Of a DNA stretch of 64,000 bases, positions 38,545 through 48,520 are shown piece after piece. The DNA is from Bacteroidota bacterium. Its GTDB lineage: Bacteria; Bacteroidota; Bacteroidia; Bacteroidales; Paludibacteraceae. The position numbers and the translations under genes are program-made. The stretch is from contig JAKIYQ010000002.1 in NCBI GenBank assembly GCA_022708465.1, forward strand, positions 160 through 64,159, given 5' to 3'. How positions within the stretch are numbered: the stretch's first letter is position 1; each line of letters starts with the position of its first letter. Below the pieces are notes generated by a model. That model made no database searches and was not told where the DNA came from. It saw only the letters and a program-made list of their open reading frames with translations.

Positions 38545-39231
38545 TTATGCAATTGCCAAGGCTGCAAAACTCACGCGCAGTCCTTTTATTTTTTGTAAAA
38601 CTTCGGTACAAGCCTCTATTGTAGCTCCTGTTGTTATAACGTCATCAACTAATAAAATGTGTTTTTCGCAGAGGGATAAACTATTTTCCTTTATGTCAAA
38701 AATGTTTTGAGAATTTTCCCAACGTTCGTAAACGTTTTTCTTTGTTTGTGTGCTGTTTGCTAATTTTCTATATAACAGATCGTTTACTATTGGTATATTC
38801 AATACTTCAGATAAGCCAATAGCTATTTGTTCACTCTGATTGTATCCTCGTTTTTTTAGTTTGACGGGATGCAGTGGAACCGGAATAATAGCATCAACCT
38901 GAGAAATATTGCTTCCTTGGATTTCGTATCCAAAAAATTGCCCAAGAACAATTCCTAATTCTTTTTCGCCTTTATATTTTAATTGATGCAATACTTTTTG
39001 TACAGAATTGCCTTTTTGAAATCTACATAAAGCAGTTCCATATTCAATTTTTACTCTTCCCCAAAGCAATTGTTCTGCCATATTATCGTTTATCAGATGG
39101 TATCCTGTTTTAGGAAGTTTATGTACACACTCTAAGCAGATACATTTTTCACCTTCTACTAAATATCCACCACAAACTAAACATATTTCAGGGTAAACAA
39201 GTCTCAGCAAGTCTAACAAATATTGTTTCAT
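38545..39231 (-). CDS. comF: ComF-family phosphoribosyltransferase-like protein
   Basis: N-terminal CxxC...CxxC zinc finger (CLVCG...CLEC) and C-terminal PRT loop LLVDDVITTGAT. Confidence 0.8.
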   Translation of the reverse strand: MKQYLLDLLRLVYPEICLVCGGYLVEGEKCICLECVHKLPKTGYHLINDNMAEQLLWGRVKIEYGTALCRFQKGNSVQKVLHQLKYKGEKELGIVLGQFFGYEIQGSNISQVDAIIPVPLHPVKLKKRGYNQSEQIAIGLSEVLNIPIVNDLLYRKLANSTQTKKNVYERWENSQNIFDIKENSLSLCEKHILLVDDVITTGATIEACTEVLQKIKGLRVSFAALAIA

Positions 39232-39253
39232 CGTCAATTAAAATTAAGATGCA

Positions 39254-39261
39254 CAAAGTTA
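39254..39261 (-). promoter_or_regulatory. -7 promoter box TAACTTTG (comF-birA)
   Basis: Minus-strand match, 23 nt upstream of ATG 39231. Confidence 0.45.
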
Positions 39262-39337
39262 CAATAAAATATGTGATTAGAACAAGCTAAATAAGACTTA
39301 AACGGAATGTGTGGACTGTAATTTTGAGTAGATATAT

Positions 39338-40336
39338 TTAAAATCCTATATGTAAAAGATTTCTTAGGGATTTTATAAAATTGTATTTACAGCTGCTTTT
39401 TGAAATTACAGAATAAGGAATTTGTTTTGCTCCATAAGACTGATTCTTTAAGGCAACTCCCTGAATCATGCTTCCTTCGAAATCATAATTCAAGGTTTTG
39501 TCTTTAAGTGCATCCATAACCATCCATATAATGCATGATGAGGCTCCGCTACTTTTGTATTTTGGATTAATTGCAATAATAAGATTGTATGCAGAATTGT
39601 CGTCCCACACGGTAAATAATGAACAATGTATGTTATTTTCTTTATCACGTATAGTAAAAATCATCCCCTGATTTCTTTCAACAGATGCATCATAAATTTT
39701 TCTCAGAGTATCAAATGTGTACAAAATAGGAGCATGCTGTTTTTTTTCTATCGTGTTTTTGCAAAACTCGTAGAAGTCGTTTATTGGCATGTCAGTATCG
39801 AGGGTAAAATTATCTTCTGATGAAAGTATCTTTTTTTGTCTTTTTTTATGCGACATCATTGCAAATACTACATCTCTATCTGCAATATTTTCAATTAAAT
39901 ATGTGTAATGTGTGGTTTGCTTGTATTGCTTCCAATAAAAAGGTTGCCAGTTGGTAAAGCTATAATGAAATTTCTGCTCGTAAAAGTCTAAATTCATGGC
40001 ATCTAACTGATTAATTAGATTTTCCATGACTCTGTTTTCGAAATCGTAACGCTTATCTAAACTTATATCTTTGGGATAATTAATCCAAATGCCATTATAC
40101 TGAGTTAAGGTTGGTTGAATAACTCGTTTTATCCCTAGCTTTTCTTGTATATGAAAAACAAGTACTGCTTCTGTATTATCATCATCACCACAGAAAAGCA
40201 CATTCCAAGAATCAGGTTTACAAGCTGCTTCCATCCACCAATATTGCATAAATAATGGGATTTCAGGATGTGTATTGCATAGCTGCTTGTATAGTTCTCG
40301 GTTATTCATATTTATGTTTGACGAAAAATTAAACAT
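39338..40336 (-). CDS. FemAB-like / GNAT-fold acyltransferase (BioF2-like, Acetyltransf_6-type)
   Basis: About 330 aa, two-lobed, no TM segment. ATG 40336 overlaps the upstream stop by 8 nt (alternative ATG at 40309). The family call is from general resemblance only. Confidence 0.5.
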   Translation of the reverse strand: MFNFSSNINMNNRELYKQLCNTHPEIPLFMQYWWMEAACKPDSWNVLFCGDDDNTEAVLVFHIQEKLGIKRVIQPTLTQYNGIWINYPKDISLDKRYDFENRVMENLINQLDAMNLDFYEQKFHYSFTNWQPFYWKQYKQTTHYTYLIENIADRDVVFAMMSHKKRQKKILSSEDNFTLDTDMPINDFYEFCKNTIEKKQHAPILYTFDTLRKIYDASVERNQGMIFTIRDKENNIHCSLFTVWDDNSAYNLIIAINPKYKSSGASSCIIWMVMDALKDKTLNYDFEGSMIQGVALKNQSYGAKQIPYSVISKSSCKYNFIKSLRNLLHIGF

Positions 40337-40859
40337 TATATGGAGGTATGTCTTTTATCTTTTTTGCAGGATTTCCGGCTAAAATGCAATTACCTTCTAA
40401 AAATGATTTGGTAACCACAGCACCTGCTGCAACAATGGTATGTTCTCCTAATTCTACTCCTGCAAGTATAGTGCAACCACATGCTAACCATGAATTTTTG
40501 CGTATAATAATAGGATTACTTGCATCAAACCGGCTATAGTCTGATTTGTTGTGATTCTGACTAATTATAGAAACTTTAGGTCCAACAATAGATCCTGATT
40601 CTATAATGATACCATTCCTTCCATCAATATAACATCCCATGGCATACCCCGGAGCTCTAAATCCATTGTCGTTTTGAATCTTTTCAGAGCATATAACTTT
40701 TGATGTGAAATGTACAGGCCATGGAGTATTTCTATTGATACCTAATATTTTTTGCCAAAATACAAATTTCAGTAAGGTCGAATTTATATATGATTTTGAC
40801 TTAAAGTGGGGGTAAAATATTCTCCCAATAAGCGACCATATTAATCTATTCTGTTTCAT
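40329..40859 (-). CDS. left-handed beta-helix (hexapeptide-repeat) acetyltransferase
   Basis: Hexapeptide repeats: IIIRKNSWLACGCTILAGVELGEHTIVAAGAVVTKSF...ILAGNPAK. Confidence 0.8.
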   Translation of the reverse strand: MKQNRLIWSLIGRIFYPHFKSKSYINSTLLKFVFWQKILGINRNTPWPVHFTSKVICSEKIQNDNGFRAPGYAMGCYIDGRNGIIIESGSIVGPKVSIISQNHNKSDYSRFDASNPIIIRKNSWLACGCTILAGVELGEHTIVAAGAVVTKSFLEGNCILAGNPAKKIKDIPPYNV

Positions 40860-40921
40860 TTATATTGGTTTAAAATAATTCTAATGAATTCATTTTCAAA
40901 GATAATACATTAAAAATCAAA

Positions 40922-42193
40922 CTAAGTACAAGTTTTAGCTAATTTAAAAAACCAAAAACCTCTGATTATAATAATTAGTGATGATAATAAGCTGTATAAC
41001 AGTATGGTCACATAAAAATCATTTATTGCAATACCGATAATGATTGCCATTACTCTTACTACTGTAATTGTGATCTCAAACAACATATCTGTACGCTGTT
41101 TGTTTAATATATCAGGAATACAACTAAAAGGATAAAACCACAATAAGCAAGCTAACCATGGTAGCATCAAACGAATATATTCGCCGGCATCTCTCCATGT
41201 TTCGCCAAGTAGCCACGAACATGTTGCAGGTAATACTAAATATAAGACTCCGAATCCTACAATAATAGTTGGTATAGAATATTTAAAGTACTTCTTAATC
41301 ATCGGAACTGCGCTTGTATGCTCTTTTATGCAATAACTTATTTTTTGAGTAATAGTTTGCGAAAGGGCATTGTTTATAAGTATTATTGGTCTCATAGATA
41401 GAGCAATAGCCATTCCGAATATACCTATTTTTGCCATTCCGAAATACGGGCTTAGCAGCAAGACAAGTAAGTTCGAACCAAAATAATTTATTAGGTTTCG
41501 AGGTAATGCATATCTTGGAAAATCTGCATATTTTGATGCGGTTTGTCTTAATTCGCTAAAGTTGCCGTATTTAAAAAATGACTTAAAGTATTTCTTGCAA
41601 TGAATTAATGAAATAGAAATAGCCGTTATTTGTCCTATTATGGTACCAATAATTAATCCGTATCCCGATTGAATTATACCAAAAACAGTTTTTAATCCTG
41701 AGTTTGAGGCGTTAAGTGTAATTTGATATTCTGCGATATGCTTAAATGATTTTTGCCTTATAAACCAATAATTTATACAAGACCATAAACCTCCACTCAA
41801 AACAAACAAAGGCAAATAGATTAGCGAATCAGCTAAGTCAGTAGTGTTGAATAAATCGGCGGTAAAAGTTTTAAAAAAAGCCGGTAATAAAGAAATTAGT
41901 GTGGCAATGATAATGCAATATGCGCATAAACGCACACAAGTTAATGAATCTTTTTCTTGCTTAGGTAATATTATGCTATAATGAAAGGCTCCTGTTGATA
42001 GTATCACTATACAACCTCCTATACTTAAGAATAAGTTAAAAACACCAAAGTCATCAGGTGAATATAATCGCGTTAAGACGGGATAAATTAACAATGATAT
42101 AGCTTGCGCAATAATATTCCCGCTTATAAGAGTCGCTGTATGACGAATAAATTCGCGAGATACTAATTTCTTTATGTTAACTAATGCGCGCAT
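40922..42193 (-). CDS. oligosaccharide flippase (Wzx/MOP superfamily)
   Basis: 423 aa, polytopic. N-terminal ...TLISGNIIAQAISLLIYPVLTRLYSPDDFGVF is typical of the Polysacc_synt family. Confidence 0.8.
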   Translation of the reverse strand: MRALVNIKKLVSREFIRHTATLISGNIIAQAISLLIYPVLTRLYSPDDFGVFNLFLSIGGCIVILSTGAFHYSIILPKQEKDSLTCVRLCAYCIIIATLISLLPAFFKTFTADLFNTTDLADSLIYLPLFVLSGGLWSCINYWFIRQKSFKHIAEYQITLNASNSGLKTVFGIIQSGYGLIIGTIIGQITAISISLIHCKKYFKSFFKYGNFSELRQTASKYADFPRYALPRNLINYFGSNLLVLLLSPYFGMAKIGIFGMAIALSMRPIILINNALSQTITQKISYCIKEHTSAVPMIKKYFKYSIPTIIVGFGVLYLVLPATCSWLLGETWRDAGEYIRLMLPWLACLLWFYPFSCIPDILNKQRTDMLFEITITVVRVMAIIIGIAINDFYVTILLYSLLSSLIIIIRGFWFFKLAKTCT

Positions 42194-43731
42194 AAATTCT
42201 GTTTAACTTGGTATAGGTACCAAAGTGCCATAATTTCATTTGGGTTATTAGTTTTTGTTTTAATGCCGACTTTCGCAAGTTCTTTTATGAATGGTTTTAA
42301 TATATCGTTCATTCCCACTAAATCAGGCGTATGTGATAGTGAAACCGCTATTTTTAGAGGGAGCATTCTTTTGATAAACGACTTAATACAATGAAGTCTT
42401 AAATCCATATCACTTGCTTGTAGTCTGCCTTTAAAACTTATGCCTAGTGGTCCAAATAGGCTAGAATCCAAATAATTATGATAAAATTTTTGGTTCTGCT
42501 TTAATGATGGATCCAATGTTTTAAAAAAGTCCATCATTTCAATATCCCAAAAAGGTAAAGCTATATCAAAACCAAAATAACTATATACGCGAGTGGCACT
42601 ATTAATGTATTTCGCAAGTCTATTTTTGATTACAAAATCGTCAAAGTTAGATGTCCTAAGTGTTTTTTCCTTCTTTTGTAATAGCTTGGTAATCTTATTT
42701 TGCAGTTCTTTATTTCGTCCTAAAAAACTTTGGTCTTCTAATACTTTAACAGCCATATATGATGCTGTACTATGCTGTGTAATATGGTTTTTACTACTAT
42801 GACTACCGGCCAAGCAATCACCGCTGTGACCCGGAACAAAAACAGCATCATATTCAGCAATCCCATTTTCTTTAAGCCATTTAACAGAAAAAAAATCGAA
42901 CGTCCATATTTTGTTACATAGTTGTCCGACATACTTACAATAGTCCAAAAAATCAACATCTTTGGATAAATCGCATTTTTTTGCCATTAATGTATTGTCT
43001 ATGCAATAATGCTTAAAACCTAAGCTTTTAGCAACTGATTTTGCAATTTCGACCTCTTCACTATTCTCATCACCTATGGTATAGCAAATAATATTTTTGT
43101 AATTGAGCCGATATAACATAGCAACTATAAGACGAGAATCATAACCTCCGCTTAACGGAACAATTACCTGTCTACCATTAATATATTCAATTAATCTTCC
43201 AAAAATATTAAGCAAGGCAACCGAAAACTGATACTGTATATCAATATTGTTTATCTCATTTTTATAGATACGATAAGAATAATATGATGATGTTTTTACC
43301 GAGTTGTTGCTAATGCTTGCATAAGTCATTGGCTCAATTCTGTGTATACCATTAATGAGAGTTTTGCTATTAAGAGTATAATTAAGATTTAAATAATCGG
43401 TTTCCGCATTTTTATCTATTGTCTCATTGCCTTTTAATAGCGAATATACATTGTCAGAAAGGAAACATTTGTTATTGTAATTGCGGTAATACAACGGAAG
43501 CGTTCCTGCAATATCACCTGCGGCAAGAACCCCTTGTGATGTCTCTATTATAACTTGAAAAATTCCATTTAATTGCTTTATTTTTTTTGAAAAATCTTCT
43601 TCGGTTTGTATGCCTGAAAATAAAGACAACAATTTTTCCGATTTAATAAAATTTGATTGTTCATCAAAACAATATCCGCGAACAAAACATTTTTGTCCGC
43701 GAATCCAAGAATGAGAAAGTATATATTCCAT
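42181..43731 (-). CDS. asparagine-synthetase-family PP-loop adenylating enzyme lacking the N-terminal Cys nucleophile
   Basis: PP-loop VPLSGGYDSRLI. The N-terminus is MEYILSH, so there is no Cys2 and no class II glutaminase activity is expected. Confidence 0.72.
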   Translation of the reverse strand: MEYILSHSWIRGQKCFVRGYCFDEQSNFIKSEKLLSLFSGIQTEEDFSKKIKQLNGIFQVIIETSQGVLAAGDIAGTLPLYYRNYNNKCFLSDNVYSLLKGNETIDKNAETDYLNLNYTLNSKTLINGIHRIEPMTYASISNNSVKTSSYYSYRIYKNEINNIDIQYQFSVALLNIFGRLIEYINGRQVIVPLSGGYDSRLIVAMLYRLNYKNIICYTIGDENSEEVEIAKSVAKSLGFKHYCIDNTLMAKKCDLSKDVDFLDYCKYVGQLCNKIWTFDFFSVKWLKENGIAEYDAVFVPGHSGDCLAGSHSSKNHITQHSTASYMAVKVLEDQSFLGRNKELQNKITKLLQKKEKTLRTSNFDDFVIKNRLAKYINSATRVYSYFGFDIALPFWDIEMMDFFKTLDPSLKQNQKFYHNYLDSSLFGPLGISFKGRLQASDMDLRLHCIKSFIKRMLPLKIAVSLSHTPDLVGMNDILKPFIKELAKVGIKTKTNNPNEIMALWYLYQVKQNLCAH

Positions 43732-43761
43732 GTTTATAAAGAGAACACTAATAATAGATTA

Positions 43762-44199
43762 TTATAAATCGATTTCTAAAAGTTGTCCTCTTAGGTTAAA
43801 TTTTAGTTCAAGTCCGTTTGATAATTTTACTTCATATGTTTTTTTGCCCCTTTCGATACTTACGATATTTTTGTCAGGGTATTTTTCTTTTATATATGAC
43901 GAAATCTCATTAGGAAGAAGTTCGTCCGGTACAATGCAAGTTTTGCATTCGTAATCTTTCCATTCTCCTTGTTTGTTAAATTCAATACTATTACCGCTTT
44001 TAAATGTGATTTCGTATGCAGAATCGAAAAATTCGGGATCGTATTTTGCGTATGCAACTGTTTCGTTAGGGAAGTATTTCTTAATAAACTGTTGAGAAAC
44101 AACCGGAAGTTGGTCTGTAGTAATCATATCTTCGTTATCTGCATAAGCAGCAAACGAAAAGAATGACGTACAAACTAATAAAATCAGTGCTTTTTTCAT
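43762..44199 (-). CDS. PepSY-like (DUF2874-type) secreted protein
   Basis: Signal peptide. Duplicated LP...Fi.KyFP...YE(V/I)...G.ELKF pattern. Confidence 0.62.
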   Translation of the reverse strand: MKKALILLVCTSFFSFAAYADNEDMITTDQLPVVSQQFIKKYFPNETVAYAKYDPEFFDSAYEITFKSGNSIEFNKQGEWKDYECKTCIVPDELLPNEISSYIKEKYPDKNIVSIERGKKTYEVKLSNGLELKFNLRGQLLEIDL

Positions 44200-44230
44200 T
44201 ACAGTGTGGTTTTAATTGTTAGACATACCA

Positions 44231-44238
44231 CAAATGTA
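44231..44238 (-). promoter_or_regulatory. -7 promoter box TACATTTG (PepSY-like/AsnB-like operon)
   Basis: Minus-strand match, 32 nt upstream of ATG 44199; divergent from the metG box. Confidence 0.45.
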
Positions 44239-44260
44239 CAATAAATTCAGTAAAAAGCAT

Positions 44261-44268
44261 TATTTTTG
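44261..44268 (+). promoter_or_regulatory. -7 promoter box TATTTTTG (metG)
   Basis: Matches TAnnTTTG, 19 nt upstream of ATG 44287. The ORF-track TTG start at 44266 lies inside the box. Confidence 0.5.
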
Positions 44269-44286
44269 CAATTTAAAACGAAAAAC

Positions 44287-46329
44287 ATGCAAAAGAAATT
44301 CAAGCGTACTACTGTTACTTCGGCTTTACCATACGCAAATGGTCCGGTTCATATAGGTCACTTGGCAGGAGTTTACGTGCCTGCTGATATTTATGTTCGT
44401 TATTTGCGCCTTAAAGGAGAAGATGTGCTTTTTATAGGTGGTTCTGACGAACACGGAGTACCTATTACAATAAAAGCAAAGAAAGAAGGTTTAAGGCCAA
44501 AAGATATAGTAGATCGTTATCATAGTATCATTAAAAAATCATTTGAAGAATTCGGTATTTCGTTTGATATATATTCTAGAACTACTAGTAAAACTCATCA
44601 TGAAGTGGCATCGCAAATCTTTAAAACCATATATGATAAGGGTGGATTTGTTGAGAAAACTTCTGAGCAATATTATGATGAGGAGGCTAAGCAATTTTTA
44701 GCTGATAGATACATCACCGGCGAATGCCCTCATTGTCACAATCAAGATGCATACGGTGATCAGTGTGAGAAATGTGGAACGTCTTTATCACCACTAGAAT
44801 TGATTAATCCTAAATCTGCAATAAGCGGTAGTAAGCCTGTATTGAAGGAAACTAAGCACTGGTATTTGCCTTTGGATAAATACGAGAATTGGTTGCGCGA
44901 GTGGATCTTAGATGGACACAAAGAATGGAAAACCAATGTTTACGGACAATGCAAAAGTTGGTTAGACATGGGATTGCAGCCGCGAGCAGTAAGTCGTGAT
45001 TTGGATTGGGGAATTCCATTGCCGATTGAAAATACCGAGGGGAAAGTTTTATATGTTTGGTTTGATGCTCCAATAGGATATATTTCAAACACAAAAGAAT
45101 TACTTCCTAATGATTGGGAAAAATGGTGGAAATCTGAGGATACACGTTTGCTTCATTTTATAGGCAAGGACAATATAGTATTTCATTGCATAGTATTTCC
45201 AACAATGCTTAAGGCAGAGGGTTCATATATTTTGCCTGATAATGTTCCTGCAAATGAATTTTTAAATTTAGAGGGCGACAAGATTTCAACATCTAGAAAC
45301 TGGGCAGTTTGGTTGAATGAATATCTGGTTGATTTTCCGGGTAAACAGGATGTTTTACGTTATGTGTTAACGGCAAATGCACCTGAAACAAAGGATAACG
45401 ATTTTACATGGAAAGATTTTCAAGCACGCAACAATAACGAATTAGTTGCTATATACGGGAACTTTGTAAATAGAACATTGGTCCTTACGCAAAAGTATTT
45501 TGATGGGAAAATACCTGCTTGTGGCGAATTAACTGAATGTGATTCTGCAACTCTTAAAGAATTTGCTGATGTTAAGAAAAGTGTAGAAGATTTGCTTGAT
45601 GTGTTCAAGTTTAGAGATGCTCAAAAAGAAGCTATGAACTTGGCACGTATTGGGAATAAATATTTAGCAGATACAGAACCTTGGAAGTTAGCCAAAACAG
45701 ATATGAAGCGAGTCGAAACTATTATGTATTTGGCTTTGCAGATAACAGCTAATTTGGCAATTGCATTTGAGCCGTTCTTACCATTCAGCTCTCAAAAATT
45801 GCGCAATCTTCTTAATATGGATTCGTTTAATTGGAATGAATTGGGACGTACCGATTTATTGAAGACAGGCGAATCTGTTTCACAACCTGAACTATTATTT
45901 GAGAAAATAGAAGACGATGCAATTGAAGCTCAGATACAGCGTCTTTTAAATATTAAACAACAAAATGCGCTGAATAATTTTAAACCTGCAGAAATTAAAC
46001 AACAAGTCAGTTTTGATGATTTCGGCAAACTTGATATAAGAGTAGGTACAATTTTAGAATGTGTTAAAGTACCAAAAGCTGATAAGCTATTGCAATTTAA
46101 GATTGACGATGGGATGGGAGGAAGAACAATTGTATCCGGCATAGCTAAGTATTATCCTAATCCTGAAGTTTTAGTAGGAAAACAAATTTGTTTTATAGCA
46201 AACTTTGAAAGCAGAAAACTTAAAGGAGTAGAAAGTCAAGGAATGATTTTGAGTGCTGAGGATTCGGATGGAAGATTGGTAGTTGTATCTCCGAGTGATA
46301 TAGTAAGAAGCGGTGTAAGTGTATGTTGA
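44287..46329 (+). CDS. metG: methionine--tRNA ligase (with C-terminal tRNA-binding EMAP/Trbp111 domain)
   Basis: [11 protein letters not shown] (HIGH), KISTSRN (KMSKS), CPHC...CEKC zinc knuckle and C-terminal LDIRVGTI...ESQGMIL domain. Confidence 0.96.
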   Translation: MQKKFKRTTVTSALPYANGPVHIGHLAGVYVPADIYVRYLRLKGEDVLFIGGSDEHGVPITIKAKKEGLRPKDIVDRYHSIIKKSFEEFGISFDIYSRTTSKTHHEVASQIFKTIYDKGGFVEKTSEQYYDEEAKQFLADRYITGECPHCHNQDAYGDQCEKCGTSLSPLELINPKSAISGSKPVLKETKHWYLPLDKYENWLREWILDGHKEWKTNVYGQCKSWLDMGLQPRAVSRDLDWGIPLPIENTEGKVLYVWFDAPIGYISNTKELLPNDWEKWWKSEDTRLLHFIGKDNIVFHCIVFPTMLKAEGSYILPDNVPANEFLNLEGDKISTSRNWAVWLNEYLVDFPGKQDVLRYVLTANAPETKDNDFTWKDFQARNNNELVAIYGNFVNRTLVLTQKYFDGKIPACGELTECDSATLKEFADVKKSVEDLLDVFKFRDAQKEAMNLARIGNKYLADTEPWKLAKTDMKRVETIMYLALQITANLAIAFEPFLPFSSQKLRNLLNMDSFNWNELGRTDLLKTGESVSQPELLFEKIEDDAIEAQIQRLLNIKQQNALNNFKPAEIKQQVSFDDFGKLDIRVGTILECVKVPKADKLLQFKIDDGMGGRTIVSGIAKYYPNPEVLVGKQICFIANFESRKLKGVESQGMILSAEDSDGRLVVVSPSDIVRSGVSVC

Positions 46330-46339
46330 TTTATAAATC

Positions 46340-47206
46340 ATGGAAGAATCAGTAAAAAAACAAATTATAATTGCTCAGATAAGTGAAATTACCGAGTACA
46401 TTATATATCGCAAATTAGCATCAATAGAAAAGGATTCAGCGAATAAAGCAGTCTTAGAGCAAATAGCATCGGAAGAGAATAAACATTACAAAATATTGCA
46501 AAAATTATCAGGTGCATCACCAAAGCCTAATATGTTAAAAGTTTATTGGTATGTATTTTGTGCGCGTACTTTTGGTTTGACATTTGCCATTAAGTTAATG
46601 GAATCAGGTGAACAAGGTGCAAGTGAAAAGTATGGAATGTATGATATCCCTGAAATTAAAGCCTTAGCTAAAGAAGAGCAGGTACATGAACAACGTTTGA
46701 TAGCTTTAATAAATGAAGAACGTTTGTCTTATATGGGAAGCGTTGTTTTAGGTTTGAATGATGCTTTAGTTGAGTTTACCGGAGCCTTGGCCGGATTTAC
46801 ATTGGCCTTAGGAGATCATAAACTCATTGCCTTAACCGGAAGTATTACCGGAATAGCAGCAGCTTTGTCTATGGCATCTTCCGAGTACCTTTCAACAAAA
46901 TCGGAAGGTGGTGATAGTGATAAACATCCTATAAAAGCATCTGTATATACTGGTGTTGCATATCTAATAACGGTTATTGCATTGATAAGTCCGTTTGTTT
47001 TTTGCTCTAATGTTATAATTTCGTTGGTAATAATGTTACTTTCAGCATTGCTTATTATTGCGATATTCAATTTTTATTATTCTGTAGCTAGAGGCGAAAG
47101 TTTTAAGAAGCGATTTCTTGAAATGGCAATACTAAGTTTTAGTGTTGCAGGTGTAAGTTTCTTGATAGGATACTTGTTTAAACTTTTCACGGGAATAGAA
47201 GCCTAA
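46340..47206 (+). CDS. VIT1/CCC1-family iron/manganese transporter with N-terminal ferritin-like domain
   Basis: N-terminal EITEYIIYRKLA...EENKHYKIL (erythrin-like). C-terminal membrane domain VLGLNDALVEFTGALAGF. Confidence 0.72.
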   Translation: MEESVKKQIIIAQISEITEYIIYRKLASIEKDSANKAVLEQIASEENKHYKILQKLSGASPKPNMLKVYWYVFCARTFGLTFAIKLMESGEQGASEKYGMYDIPEIKALAKEEQVHEQRLIALINEERLSYMGSVVLGLNDALVEFTGALAGFTLALGDHKLIALTGSITGIAAALSMASSEYLSTKSEGGDSDKHPIKASVYTGVAYLITVIALISPFVFCSNVIISLVIMLLSALLIIAIFNFYYSVARGESFKKRFLEMAILSFSVAGVSFLIGYLFKLFTGIEA

Positions 47207-47228
47207 TTTTTTTAGATTATATAGATAC

Positions 47229-47259
47229 AAAAAGGCAGAAGATTTTCTTCTGCCTTTTT
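47229..47259. terminator. bidirectional intrinsic terminator
   Basis: AAAAAGGCAGAAG-ATTTT-CTTCTGCCTTTTT perfect hairpin flanked by A5 and T5, between convergent genes. Confidence 0.8.
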
Positions 47260-47280
47260 GTGTGTTGTTAATTAGTTGTT

Positions 47281-48516
47281 TTATCCTAAGAACGAAATTA
47301 GAATACCGGCTGCAACTGCAGAACCGATAACTCCGGCAACGTTCGAAGACATGCAATAATTTAAAACGTGGTTACGACTATCGTACTTCAATGCTATTTC
47401 ATTTGCAACACGTGATGCCATAGGAACAGCGCTCAAACCGGTTGCTCCAATAAGTGGATTGATTTTTTTCTTTGAAAAGAGATTCATGATTTTTACCAAC
47501 ATTATACCTCCAAATATTGATAAACCAAATGCAAAGAAACCACCTATTACAATTCCTATAGTTGTGAAATTTAAGAAAGCATCAACTGTCATTGTTGCAC
47601 CAACAGATAGTCCTAAGAATATAGTTGCAGCATTCATAATGCTATTTGAAGCAGCATCAAATAAACGTGATGTGTTGGCGCCAATCTCTTTTACAAGATT
47701 ACCAAACATCAACATACCAACTAGGGCTACTGCAGATGGAACTATAATAGCAACAATTGTTGTTGTAACAATAGGGAATAAAATTTTAAGAACACGCATA
47801 TTCTTTATTTCTGTTTTAGAAGGATAAAGTTTATCTTGTTCTTTCATGTTAATGCTCAATTCCTTTTTTGTACATGTAAGTTTAACAACTAAAGGAATAA
47901 TTACAGGTACTAATGCCATATAAGAGTATGCTGCGATTGCAATAGGCCCTAGCAAGTGAGGTGCTAATTTTATTGTTGTAAAAATAGCTGTAGGACCATC
48001 AGCTCCACCAATAATTGCTAAAGATGCAGCTTCTTTAATTGTAAAAAATTGGCTGGCAACAAGTAATACTGCAAATATACCGAATTGTGCGCCTGCACCA
48101 AAAATTGCTAATTTAAGATTTCTAAGCATTGGTCCGAAGTCGGTTAATGCACCTACACCCATGAAAATAATAGGAGGTAAGAAACCTGTTTTAATGAGCA
48201 AATAGTATATAAAGTTCATTATACCAAGTTCATGTGCTATTTGTGGTAATGACATCTCCCATATATTGACTATTTCGCCGTTAATAAGCTTAATAGTGCC
48301 ATCTTCGGCAGCTTGTGTAACACCCATATCACCTCCCGGAAAATTGGCAATCAATACGCCGAAAGCGATAGGTACTAATAGCAGAGGCTCATATTGTTTC
48401 TTTATACCTAGATATAATAGAATAAAAGCCAAAGCGTACATGATAAGAAATCTAGGATCAGCTATTATATTGCTGATCGCAGTCATTTCATATATTTTAT
48501 TTAATATTTCTTCCAT
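47281..48516 (-). CDS. oadB: Na+-translocating decarboxylase beta subunit
   Basis: 411 aa polytopic protein collinear with the OadB/GcdB/MmdB family (..GADGPTAIF.., ..NPLIGATGLSAVPM..). Confidence 0.9.
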   Translation of the reverse strand: MEEILNKIYEMTAISNIIADPRFLIMYALAFILLYLGIKKQYEPLLLVPIAFGVLIANFPGGDMGVTQAAEDGTIKLINGEIVNIWEMSLPQIAHELGIMNFIYYLLIKTGFLPPIIFMGVGALTDFGPMLRNLKLAIFGAGAQFGIFAVLLVASQFFTIKEAASLAIIGGADGPTAIFTTIKLAPHLLGPIAIAAYSYMALVPVIIPLVVKLTCTKKELSINMKEQDKLYPSKTEIKNMRVLKILFPIVTTTIVAIIVPSAVALVGMLMFGNLVKEIGANTSRLFDAASNSIMNAATIFLGLSVGATMTVDAFLNFTTIGIVIGGFFAFGLSIFGGIMLVKIMNLFSKKKINPLIGATGLSAVPMASRVANEIALKYDSRNHVLNYCMSSNVAGVIGSAVAAGILISFLG

Positions 48517-48520
48517 GGTG

